From: Octopus vulgaris
Taxonomy: Eukaryota
Reading direction: 5' to 3'
NCBI GenBank assembly: GCA_951406725.2
Contig: OX597823.1
Span: 117,614,001 to 117,678,000 of the forward strand
DNA: 64,000 nt
The translations under genes were made by a program, and so were the position numbers. The notes beneath the pieces were generated by a model. That model worked only from the letters and a program-made list of their open reading frames with translations, was not told where the DNA came from and did not search any database. Below are positions 12,041-23,545 of the stretch, in pieces. Every line of letters starts with the position of its first letter. The stretch's first letter is position 1.

Positions 12041-13320
12041 GATGGTCTTTCTGAGGCAAATCCCTTTAGTTGTCTCTTACAATACAGACGTGTAGTATAA
12101 CTTTACTCCAAACTGGAATACACATGGTGCACGTGTTTGTTTATATATATATACATATATATACATACATACATACATGTATCCTCTACCTGGTTTACCC
12201 CATATAGGCCTACTTCCTCTATCTAATCTATCTTACACAGCTCTACTTCTATTTGGTCTACATAAATGTTATTTTTCCTGGTGTCCCGCCATTCAGTCTA
12301 GTATCTATACCAAGTCGCACCCCTCAACACACTTTCATGCCTCTGTCTATATAAGTTAGGTTAACATAAACAGCCAATCTCTAGACAAAAGTTCACTCAA
12401 ATGAAATCTCTCTCCTATTTCATTTATCTCTGTCAATCAATAGAGACATTAAAACAACCACAGTCCTGCCCTCCTCTTCAACCAAAACCAGTCGGTTGAA
12501 TTAGTTTTACCTCCATATTAATTCATCACTGTCAGTTGACACATATTAAAATAAATAACAGAAGAAGACTGTGAAAACCCAAACTTTCTTATCTCAGTGA
12601 TCAATATATAGAGAAAAGAGATCAATAAAATCAACATTATCAATCTTTCCAGCCGTACAGTTGTGGCTCTAATCAACTGGAAATGAAACTAGAACTGCTT
12701 TAAACAGACATACCAACTACAACTAAACTTACACAAGCATGAATGTGTATCTGAATACATATTCATGTACAGAGACACACACACACACATATATACAGGC
12801 ATGTACGCATGCACACACACACACACCTTTTTTTAGCTATCATATTTAACATATTGATGAAATGAATTTATACTTTCTTGGCAGACTATCCACCAACCAA
12901 CTAAAGGCTGCCGGACCACCAAGAGAACCTCTCAAGAAAAAAGATGGGATGGTCACAACTGGAATGGTCATTCAAGGCCAAAGTGGGAACAAACAACAAC
13001 ACATTTCTTATGTGAAAGTTAATTCTTAGTAAATAATTCTCAAAAAACATTCTCTTAAGTTTACTTGCTTTAGGTTTTGTTCCTTCAGAACCAGACATCC
13101 ACAGACACCACCCAGTTCTCAATATTGTCTTGACCTCCTATTGGACGTTGAACCAAACCTTTTCTTGCTTTTTTATCTCACTTTACCAATCATTCTCAGA
13201 ACGATTGAGAAACCAACTCAGACACGTCCAGAGCTAACCAAACTGTTATTAATAAATCTCAAAATGAACCATGCCTGGCCTGCTGAACTCAGTGGAACTG
13301 TATTGTTATTTTATAAACAA

Positions 13321-13520
13321 GGCATAGGAGTGGCTGTGTGGTAAGTAGCTTGCTTACCAACCACATGGTTCCGGGTTCAGTCCCACTGTGCGACACTTTG
13401 GGCAAGTGTCTTCTACTATAGCCTCGGGTCGACCAAAGCCTTGTGAGTGGATTTGGTAGACAGAAACAAAGACACTCATCGTATATATGTGTGTGTGTTT
13501 GTACCCCCAACATCATTTGA
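13321..13520 (+). mobile_element. tRNA-derived SINE, family B (3'-truncated)
   Basis: GGCATAGGAGTGGCTGTGTGGTAAG head and core identical to other copies. Confidence 0.85.
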
Positions 13521-13910
13521 CAAAATGTATAAACTTCCCCAAAAGATTTTTGAGGATTGCTCTGATACTGTTGTTTATATTGGAGAGTCTGATACTGTTA
13601 TGTAAATCAGAGGCAAATGGTGTTGTTGTTGTTGATGATACTGGAGGAAGAAGAACTATAGCTGTATAGATAGAAGCAAATACAGAAATTCATAAGCACA
13701 CAGGTACACAAATATATAGGTACTGAAGCAGAAAGGTTTATAGGTATGGAGGTACAGAGGTAAATAGGTACAAAGGTAAAACAACAAAGAAGTCAGGAGT
13801 ATAGCAGTACATGGATACAGAGATATAACTGTATAGGAGAACATATATACAGAAGTGCAGAGGTGTACAGACACAGTACAGATACATAGGCATGGGAGGA
13901 CATAAGTACA

Positions 13911-13947
<37 letters not shown>

Positions 13948-13950
13948 CAT

Positions 13951-14095
13951 TATCATCATTTAGCGTCTGTTTTCCATGCTAGCATGGGTTGGACGGTTCA
14001 ACCAGGGTCTGGTAAGCCATGGAGGCTGCACCAGGCTCTAGTCTGTTTTGGTAGTGTTTCTACAGCTGGATGCCCTTTCTAACGCCAACCACTCC

Positions 14096-14098
<3 letters not shown>
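13951..14098 (-). mobile_element. RTE-type LINE 3' end fragment
   Basis: (CAT)n + TTCCATGCTAGCATGGGTTGGACGG...CTACAGCTGGATGCCCT, matching the 3' end of the LINE at 21783-22945. Confidence 0.82.
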
Positions 14099-14134
<36 letters not shown>

Positions 14135-14228
14135 GTTATGAGCCTTTATAGAACATGCATCCTATATAAACTCAACAGACAAAGATGGAGAAGGGAAAAT
14201 GTTATAAGTTTTATAAAATTTTAATACA

Positions 14229-14330
14229 TGCATATGATCATTTCAAATGGTAAGACCAGAAAACAGGGAAAAAATTCAATTAATTATAATTGAATTAATT
14301 TAGTTACATATTACCATACTCCTCGGTGCA
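14229..14330 (-). ncRNA. Degenerate hammerhead-like motif in a (TA)n-flanked element
   Basis: Minus strand: stem I TGCA/TGCA; CCGAGGA (U4->C); stem II ATGGTAA/TTACCAT; GAAA; palindromic ATGATCAT; AUA triplet. The element is bounded by (TA)n at ~14100-14128 and ~14364-14406. Confidence 0.6.
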
Positions 14331-14362
14331 AAGAAGAAGAATACATCAGAGAAGTAGTATCA

Positions 14363-14417
<55 letters not shown>

Positions 14418-15480
14418 GGTATAGAGATGCAACATAAATACCCTGACACAGCATAGATTCAGAGACATCATAGCTAGACACAGCATAGACTCAGTGTTAC
14501 ATGCACAGTATAGATACATAGGTACATGGTATAGATGCATAACTATTCAGATACAGCTTGCAGAGTTACATAGCATAAATACAGTGGCACAAAGATACAG
14601 CGTAGACATAACATAGACACAGAGGAAGAAGACAGAATGCCTTGTGGCTATTTATGTTTCTTTTTGTTTTAAAATTTACTATTATAATTTTGCGTGTTGA
14701 AGCTAAAATAAATGTTACTTCTAATTGCTTTCTTCACCAAGTTTATCTGATTCCATTCTAATTGTATTGTTTTTCCATATAATTGTGACTATATAATTAT
14801 TTTGCCAGGATAAGTAGGCAGCAGAGTGTTAAGTATGATTGATCCAGTTAATTATATATGTATTATTATGTACCTAATATTACTGTCGATCTCTAATTAC
14901 CTATCTTGTCTATCAATTACCAATTTATTATTAACCCATCAATAATTATCTATTTACTTAATCCTTCTTATTAATTGAACACAGCTTATCTATTGCAGTT
15001 GCAATCTGTTGAGACAAAGACAGCTGGCCATCAGTAAACCTTACAACATAGAATTAATATGGCCGACAGTACACAAATAATCTGCGCTTCTTCATTCAAT
15101 CATTATTTATCAGTTCACTGTATGCAATGCTGGAACCATTCCACTTTACTTAAATTACTGGAGATTTGGCAAACACATAGAAATCAGTACTTCCCAACTA
15201 TACAGGGAGCTTTTCATACAGTAGCTTGACTTGGTCAATGTAATTTGGAAATCTCACACAGCAAACAAGGAACCACATGTTTTTAAGGTGCTGAATCTGC
15301 AAACAATGTTTTCTGATAAACACAGGGGTCACAGTGAGAAATATTTGTCCTATTTTAATGGTATGAAATAATAGACATCTCTTCTAGGCAAGATGTTCAT
15401 CCTTTACAGGGTTTTACTACAATAACTCTGCATTGGAAACTAACAAACAATTGGCAATTCTAAAAAAAGTTCTCCCAATA

Positions 15481-15895
15481 GGCGTAGGAGTGGCCGAGTG
15501 GTAAGTAGATTGCTTACGAAACACATGGTTCTGGGTTCAGTCCCATTGCGTGGCACTTTCGGCAAGTGTCTTCTACTATATTCTTGGGCCGACCAAAACC
15601 TTGAGAGTGGATTTGATAGGCGGAAACTAAAAGAAGCCTGTAGTATGTATGTATGTATGCATATGTGTGTATGTATGTATGTATGTGTATATGTTTGTGT
15701 GTCTGTGTTTGTCACCCCAACATCGCTTGACAACCGATGCTGGTGTGTTTACGTCCCTGTAACTTAGCGGTTCGGCAAAAAGAGACCGATAGAATAAGTA
15801 CTAGGCTTAGAAAGAATAAGTCCTGGAGTCAATTTGCTCGACTAAAGGCGGTGCTCCAGCATGGTCATAGTCAAATGATGAAACAAGTAAAAGGG
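15481..15895 (+). mobile_element. tRNA-derived SINE, family B (full length)
   Basis: Complete head, core, internal (TATG/TG)n and GGCGGTGCTCCAGCATGG...AAACAAGTAAAAG tail. Confidence 0.88.
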
Positions 15896-16293
15896 TACAA
15901 CAAAGACTTTTGTAGTGGCATGGTAACTATCTACAGCTGATTAAAATGAGTTTGTAAGAGTTAAAGACAATGGTGATACATTGGCCAACAGAATAATATT
16001 ACGAATGGAACTTTCACATTGTATTTCCAGAGCGATGCAACATTCAACTTACTGAACTACAGCTTTTTAATAGGGGAGAAATATGTTTGAAATTTGAAGC
16101 TGAAACCCCAGTAGATACTGGTTTCGTGATTCCAGTCCTCACAAACTGTCATAAACTGTACTTCTTGTATTAAGTACTCTTTAATCTTGTTTATATAGAT
16201 ATAAGTAAAAAGGTAGATAAAATATAAGTAGGCTTGATGAGTATAATTGCATAGAATACAAAATAAAATTAAAAAACAATTTTGTAATAGTCT

Positions 16294-16440
16294 TATCTTG
16301 ACAGCTGTTTCAAGTGAACTGTGGCTTATGCTATAACCATGCCTGTTACATAAAGACCCACAATGTCACAGGTGTATGGAGCAACATAAGTTCTTTTAGA
16401 TTTGTGAAACATAGCCATGTGCCCTCATCAGCAGAAGATA
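16294..16440 (-). ncRNA. Hammerhead-like motif with large stem-II insert
   Basis: Minus strand: stem I TATCTT/AAGATA; CTGATGA (plus 16425-16431); imperfect stem II including TGGCTATG/CATAAGCCA; GAAA; ACAGCTGT palindrome; GUC triplet. Confidence 0.72.
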
Positions 16441-16879
16441 TTGGCTAAAAGCCGTATATCTATAATGATTAAAGAACTAGAATAAAACATATCCATATCC
16501 TTACAATTATTTCTATGATGCTGGAAGAATCACTTTATCAGAAGAAGAATATCAAGGAAGTGCCTCAAAGAATAGAACAAAGAATGAAATTGTAGACATG
16601 TTGTCTGTGTCAGTAAGTCAGCAAAACAGGAATTACCAGCCAAAGAGCTGTATACTCGTTGACAAGTGAGCAATTAATTAAATAAGATACTGTCAAAGAC
16701 AGAAGTTTGTGATTATTTAAATGCATGACAAAATGCTTGGAGCAACATTCACCTAACTGACAAATAGGGGACTACTAACAAATCAAACATATATGGGATT
16801 ATATGCATATAAACATAGCAGTACAGACACATTTTTGTCTGCATATAAAGAACCAATAATAATAATAATAATAATAATA

Positions 16880-17105
16880 ATAATCCTTTCTACTATGGGC
16901 ACAATAAGCACAAGACCTGAAATTTGTGGAGAGGAGGTTAGTCAATTACACTGACCTCAATACTCAACTGACAGTCAATTTATTGACCCTGAAAGGATGA
17001 AAGTTAAAAATCAACCTAGGCAGAATTTGAACTCAGAACCTAGAGAGCCAAAAGAAATGCTGCAAAGTCCAACACATTAATAATTCTGCCAGTCTGCTGC
17101 CTTAG
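16880..17105 (-). mobile_element. tRNA-derived SINE, family A variant (degenerate)
   Basis: Core GAAAGGATGAAAG...GAATTTGAACTCAGAA on the plus strand; (TAA)n tail. Confidence 0.7.
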
Positions 17106-17167
17106 AACAATGTTACATAAAATAAAAATGTACTTTATTTCTATTATTAGACTAAAAAACAAGTTAC

Positions 17168-17345
17168 CTGAGTTCAAGATCTGATATGGGTGGACCTTTG
17201 TTAGCAACTTCTTGTGATAGCATTTCAAGTTCTTGTGAGATGAGGTCTGAGGACAAAGTGATTGGATCAGTACTGACATCTTGCTCAGCCAACCAAGAAC
17301 TGTTGTCTGACAGTACTTCAGTTGTTGCAATGCTGCTATCTTCAT
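17168..17345 (-). CDS. RIC1: RIC1 coding exon (not in the ORF track)
   Basis: ccacag acceptor, GTAACT donor, 178 nt, phase 1-2. EDSSIATTEVLSDNSSW...LSQEVANKGPPISDLELR corresponds to RIC1 ISMELASKGPHKSQVQLR. Confidence 0.9.
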
Positions 17346-19142
17346 CTGTGGATATACATTACAAACATTCACTAGACAGAAGTTTATAATATATTTAAAA
17401 GGAATTAATACAAGGAAAATGGTGATTATGATAGTGTGGGTGCAGGCTCAGATATACACCTTCCTCAAATCTTTATTTATCTCTCACATTTCTCTCTCTC
17501 TCTCTCTCTCACACACACTCTTTTTCTCTAATTCTTACCATTTTCTCTACTTTACAACCCCTATATTGATCAATGCATTCTGGTGAACCTCAGGGTTTGG
17601 TTATGTTCTCCACGTATATTAAATGCCACACATTCCCATGCGTACCACACTGCACACCTCATTAGATACTTCATCACAGACTTCTGACAACATTGTCTCT
17701 TTTGATGGCACCAAGACTCAATCACTATACATTCCAAGATTCCAGTCTTGCCTTATTTCCAACTTATGCGTTAAGATCACATAAAGAAAAATCTTTAAAT
17801 TCATTATTAACGCAGGACTTTGCAATGATAGATAAACTCTCATTGTGGTCATACTCCACATATATCTTATTGCCAAAACTAAACTTCCTCTTCAGTATCA
17901 GAAAATACTTTAGCTCAAATATGTTGCTGACCCTCAACAAATTTCAGGGCTTCCTCCATCTGGGAAATGCTCCCATACCTGGAACATTGCTACTACACAC
18001 ATACACCTCCTGAATTGCATCATAAAGAAAGCTGATAGACAAAGGTTTGCCAATACATTACGACCAATGCTTGTTTGACGACTCTTCTATTCTTATTATT
18101 CCATTGATTTCTACTCCACAAATACCAAGTGATGTCTTACCTTTCACCAGGTACCCAATTTATATCCTATTACTTCTGCAGCTGTCTTACACATTCAATG
18201 CTACATTAAATACTTTGCAATCCTTCCTTCCCACATTCGTATTCTACTACCCACAATTTCCATGATCAACAGGAGTCCAAACTCAACATTGATCTCACCA
18301 TTTCTTTTTCTCCAAAAGACCCACTTTAATTAAAATTGTCACATCAAAGTGTGTTTCTTAAAATTTGTTTGAGTAACAGACCAGGTAGTAACAATAAACT
18401 GCATTAAATCTGTCAGTGTCAACTTTGGTTACATTATTTTTCCATTTATTAGAAAAAACTTAGATGGATTCAACTTGATTGGGGAAAAATAAAAGACAGT
18501 TTTAACATTTTGTTATCTTTTAAAGAAAAGAAGTGTCAACTGTCACTGCTGGCCATACAGAAATGGAAGCTATAAAAATCAGAAATGTCTTACTTAAAGA
18601 CAATGAAATACCTGCAAACAGAATGTAGGAAGAGTCCATAATATGAGGAAGGTAGACCAAAGCCACATTGAAACAGAACTTCTGTTGCTTTGTGACATTT
18701 ACTTCTACTTAAATTGACAGCAGAAAATGCAGTAGTATACCTTGATTTTGGGTATGGTATAGTGTTAGGAGATAGATTTAAAAACCAGGATTTTTGTGTC
18801 ACGAGTTCAATATATTTTCATCACCTTGTTCATTTTTCACCATAGGAACAGAACAAGTCATTTTGGCAACTAAGAAAAAGAAACTTACAATTTTAAATTA
18901 GTAAAAAAAATTACATTTATGTATTATTTTTCTTAAGATGGAAATCGGCAGCATTAAAATTTAATAACTTTCACTTCATGGTGCCAGCCTATTTATAAAT
19001 ATTGTGACAGAATTCTCACTGTGGAGACAGTTAATCTAAAATAGTAAGAAACCTTTTAAGAAATAAACTGTCTTTGAATATTCAGTTTAGTTCTGAAATG
19101 TCACCTTGGTTGGGATGAATAATGATAAATTTTTATACCTAC

Positions 19143-19346
19143 TTTTGTTTGTTTGTGGCTTTAGGAAAACTTCTGCAGATGCATAAGCAGAACTGATTGA
19201 ATCAACAGTGAGTGGCTGTGAGGTTTCCAGATTCAACAGCTCAGAATTACATTTTGTGGCAGCAGCTGGAGACTCAGAATCCAGACCATTCATAAGATCC
19301 ATGTAGGCAGGTGAACCAGATGATGGAGTCAAGTTGCAGTTTGATG
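19143..19346 (-). CDS. RIC1: RIC1 coding exon (low-complexity, Ser-rich linker)
   Basis: aaatag acceptor, GTAGGT donor, 204 nt, phase 1-1 fitting both neighbours. Open frame ASNCNLTPSSGSPAYMDLMNGLDSES...EVFLKPQTNK. Confidence 0.78.
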
Positions 19347-21416
19347 CTATTTTGTGAGAGAAAGCGAAACACATTTGATATTTAATCTATAGCAATTTTT
19401 TTTTAACCTCCCAAAAGTAACAAAAATATGGTGTCAACTTCTGCAAAAGAATCTCAAAATATAATAAGTAAAATATTCTTGAATTTTGCATAAAATTTCT
19501 TTTGGTGTTTAGAATTTATTTTCATTTTCACATATTTTTAAAGTTCAGAACAACCAAATGTATTTTGTGCTTTTTCTCTAAAAGTTTAGTACATTTTGTT
19601 ATAAACATTTAAGTTATTTTTAGCAATTTTTTTTTTTATGAATGTTTCCATATTGTATTTAAAGCCACTCAAAAACTATCTATGAAGAACCCAATTTGAA
19701 TTTTCATGACACATTATCGAAGCACAACATTAGAATTCATGTTGAATTCCTCTGAGTTATCTTATTACATATGTTTACTAAGTATTAGTTAAACCTACTG
19801 CTGTCTCTAATCCTAATTTACTGTAACAGTGAATATCATAGGGACAGGCTGGGCAATGGAGCAAAAACTATATGGCCAAACTGTTTGTAAACTATATCAA
19901 TCTCTGACATAGTAGGGTTTATACAGCCTGCATTTAAGGTTTGTGGTCCTTAATAGTGATAAAAGCATTATGTTAACTAGTGTATGAGGACAGACCTGCT
20001 AACTTATGATAACCAGTGAAGTCAAAGATTTAACCATAAAGTTAGACGTAGGAGGTAATAGAACAGAACCATACATATAAATCCACACAAAGAATTATAC
20101 AGGACATACAGGAAATCATACACATATGTATAGAAACACTGTCACATACAGATGTATGCATGTGTTCCATAAACAATACACACACACACACACGTGCAGA
20201 AGAAAATTAGAAAACACATTCCTGAAAAAACAAATGCAGAAAATAATTTACTATGAATAATTAATTTGTTTTCTTTACAAAACTGTTTTACTTTTATCTA
20301 TTTTCAACTATTCAGATCTTTTGATTTATTAAGTGCAGATTTACTTCCACAAAGTAAACATGATATATTTTTTTGTTCATAAATTATTTGTTTCAAACAA
20401 TAATTGAATTTTTGCAACTAGTTAAAGCATTGAAACCTTTTTTCAAAAACTGTATAGTGACTTATTAATGCTTAAACTGAAAATATGTCTTATAACCTAG
20501 AAGATCTTATTGTTGAGCTACATGTCAACCTTGATCCAGTAGACCTACTAGCAAAAGTATTCTACCCCTAACCAGCATGTTTTTCAGACAGTATATCTAG
20601 AACATTATCCAATATGTCCTTCATTTTTTTTAAAGATGATAGAGTGAAATTTGAGGATAATTTGGATGCGATGTCTAGCAGACTGAGGTTTCCTCAAGGG
20701 TTGATAATTACCATCATCAGATACAAGATAACTCTCCACTTGGGCAGAATGATAGTCTAGATCACAGGTAACATTCCCTAATGATCTGGAATCTATTCCT
20801 AGTAAGTATACTAGATAATGTAGGATTAAATGTCTTGCTGAATTATATTCTTCCTAAATTTGATCTATACTTGAACATGAAAGTTAACTACCACATCTAC
20901 TTAGCTACTTCAATTTAATTATTCTGTTTCAGTAAATGCAGAAACAACTCTCACTTCACTTACATTTCTAATGAGAAAGACTTGAGCATCACAGTCTAAT
21001 TACCCACATTGACTATAAACATACCAAGAAATGTCTATGCAAGAAATGAATATTAACAACTGTGACAGTCTTTATTTGCTCAAATCTTTAAAAATCTCCA
21101 ATACTTTCAACATGCAGCAATTACTGAAAGTTCTGAAGTCGTCAAGGATGTCGTTAACACAAATTCCTAAACAATCAATTATTTTACAGTGTAATGATGC
21201 TAGGTACCTTTCATGTCCAACAACATCAGTTTTAACACTTTTAGCTTATAACTCAATACATGACTTTATTATCCAGTTCTTTCTGTTCTTTGTCACGAGT
21301 AGAACTCTTGTTTCAGATTAACATTACTTGTATATTTAAATAAACATATCCCCAGAAGTCAAAATCATAATTAAACATACACAGTATATAACAGAATAGA
21401 ATGAAGAAATACTAAC

Positions 21417-21538
21417 CAGCCAGTGTTTTCTTCAGATGTTGGTAATGACAGCTAGGAGGAATTGGAAATGGCCAATGGAACTGAAGATGAACCTCTCTCA
21501 CGGCCATTACAAAATCCTCAACTTTGGCAGCACTTAAT
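21417..21538 (-). CDS. RIC1: RIC1 coding exon
   Basis: ctctcag acceptor, GTTAGT donor, 122 nt, phase 2-1. RLSAAKVEDFVMAVREVHLQFHWPFPIP corresponds to RIC1 [28 protein letters not shown]. Confidence 0.93.
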
Positions 21539-21782
21539 CTGAGAGAAGTTAAAAAAAGAAACAAAAACCAAAAATTATAAAAATGGTCTTCACATAGAGA
21601 TACAAAATAAATATACAAAAAAAAAACACACACGCACAAAGGTAAGCAAATATTTATTGATTCTTACATAATAATATGATGGAACTCAACATTTCTAGTT
21701 TGCTCTTATATTTTTAAAGCGATATATTTCCACCAATCATTTCTTCACCTCATTTGTACTTGACATTAATGTGCCTTCCCTT

Positions 21783-22945
21783 CATCATCATCATCATTGT
21801 TTAATGTCCAATTTTCCATGTTAGCATGGGTTGGATGTTTCAACTGGGTTCTGGGAAGCCTGGAGGCTGCACCAGGGTCATGTCTGATCTGGCAGTGTTT
21901 CTACAGCTGGATGCCCTTCTTAATGTCAACCACTCCATGAGTGTAGTGGCTGCTTTTTACGTGCCACCGGCACAGGGGCTAGAGGAGGCTGGCAACAGCC
22001 ATGATCAGTTTGTGCTTTTTATGTGCCACTGGCACGGAAGCCAGTCAAGACAGCGCTGGCATTGGCCATATTCTGATGATGCTTTTTACGTTCCAATGGC
22101 ATGGAAATCACAACTACAATTTCCATTTGATTTTCATTTTGATGTTGATGTACTTGACTCAATAGGTCTCCTCAAGAACAGCATGTCACCCTACGATCCA
22201 AGGTACTTTTCAATGGACTGGGGCTGGTTATGTGAAACTGGTGTAAGATACAGCCAAGAACTCATTTTATTTGCTGGGTCTTTGCAGTCACAGCATATCT
22301 CCAGAGATCTCAGTCTTTTGGCATTGCCTCTGTGAGGCCCAACGTTCAAAGGTCATGCTTGACCACCTCATTCCATGTCTTCCTGGCTCTACCTCTACCC
22401 CGGATTCCTTCAACTGTTTGGGAGTGACACTTCTTCACACATCTCTCCTCATCCATCCATAGTACATGACCATACCAGTGCAAACGTCTCTCTTGCATGC
22501 CACATCTGATGCTTCTTATGTCCAACATTTCTCTCAGGATGCTTACACTCTGTCGTGTGTGCACACTGATATTACACATCCAGCAGATCATGCTAGCTTC
22601 ATTTCTTTCAAGCCTACACATGTCCTCAGAAGTCACACCCCAAGTTTCACTGCCATGAAGCAAGGCAGTTTGTACACATGCATCGTACAATCTACCTTTC
22701 ACTCTGAGTGAAAGGACCTTTGTCACTAGTAGGGGTAGAAGCTTTCTAAACTTTGCCCAGGTTATTCTTATTCTAGTGGTAACACCCTCTAAGCATCCAC
22801 CTCCACTACTAACTTGGGCATCTAGGTAGCAGAAGCTATCAACTACTTCTAGTTTCTTCCCCTAGAATGTGATGGAATCTGTTTTCTGAGCATCTGTGAT
22901 GTTTATTGGCCCTGTGCATCTGCCGCACCATATTAATTATGTAGC
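21783..22945 (-). mobile_element. 5'-truncated RTE-clade LINE (ORF C-terminus, 3'UTR, (GAT)n tail)
   Basis: ORF 22346-22726: KGRLYDACVQTALLHGSETW...ERRLHWYGHVLWMDEER...GRGRARKTWNEVVKHDL, typical RTE post-RT C-terminus; upstream VDSFCYLDA (YLG-like) motif. Confidence 0.9.
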
Positions 22946-23283
22946 CAGCCAACAAAGATATTAACAACGTTGATCCCTCTACTCTAAGGTGGTCATTGCC
23001 GGTTCAAGGCATTAAAAAGAAACAGCAAAGTCCTAAGGTTCAGAAACAATGATTCCACTTTGTCAGGTGCAATGTTTGGTAATTTAATCCCATAAACCTA
23101 TCAGGATGTTGTCTTTCTCTATAACCTGATATTGGATTATAAAGACATCCTAAAAAGGAAAGATTTTACTTTTGAACGCTAATTTAAATATTTAAACATA
23201 TTACAAATCACATGGTGGCTGTGAGATTTTGATGTTCGACTAATGACAAGATAATCAAACAGACAGGCTATAGAATTATTGAC

Positions 23284-23545
23284 TGGCTGCATGGTAAGTA
23301 GCTTGCTTATGAACCACATGGTGTGTATATGTTTGTGTGTCTGTGTTTGTCACCCCAACATTGCTTGACAACCAATCAATGCTGGTGTGTTTACTTCCCG
23401 TAACTTAGCAGTTCGGCAAAAGAGACTGACATAATAAGTACTAAGCTTACAAAGAATAAGTCCTGGGTTCAATTTGCTCAACTAAAGGCGGTGCTCCAGC
23501 ATGGCCACAGTCACATAACTGAAACAAGTATAAGAGTATAACAGA
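23284..23545 (+). mobile_element. SINE family B with internal deletion
   Basis: Head joined directly to the TG-rich middle and 3' body. Confidence 0.8.

Noticed and set aside
17040-17389. ORF-track entries 17040-17372(-) and 17186-17389(+)
   Set aside because: Off-frame or antisense shadows of the true RIC1 exon 17168-17345
17560-18300. Possible old retroelement coding remnant (similar texture at 33300-33760 and 34900-35340)
   Set aside because: Too degraded to assign motifs confidently by eye
21826-22335. 169-aa plus-strand ORF, the longest in the track
   Set aside because: Antisense reading of the RTE LINE 3'UTR; similar pseudo-ORFs recur at each copy
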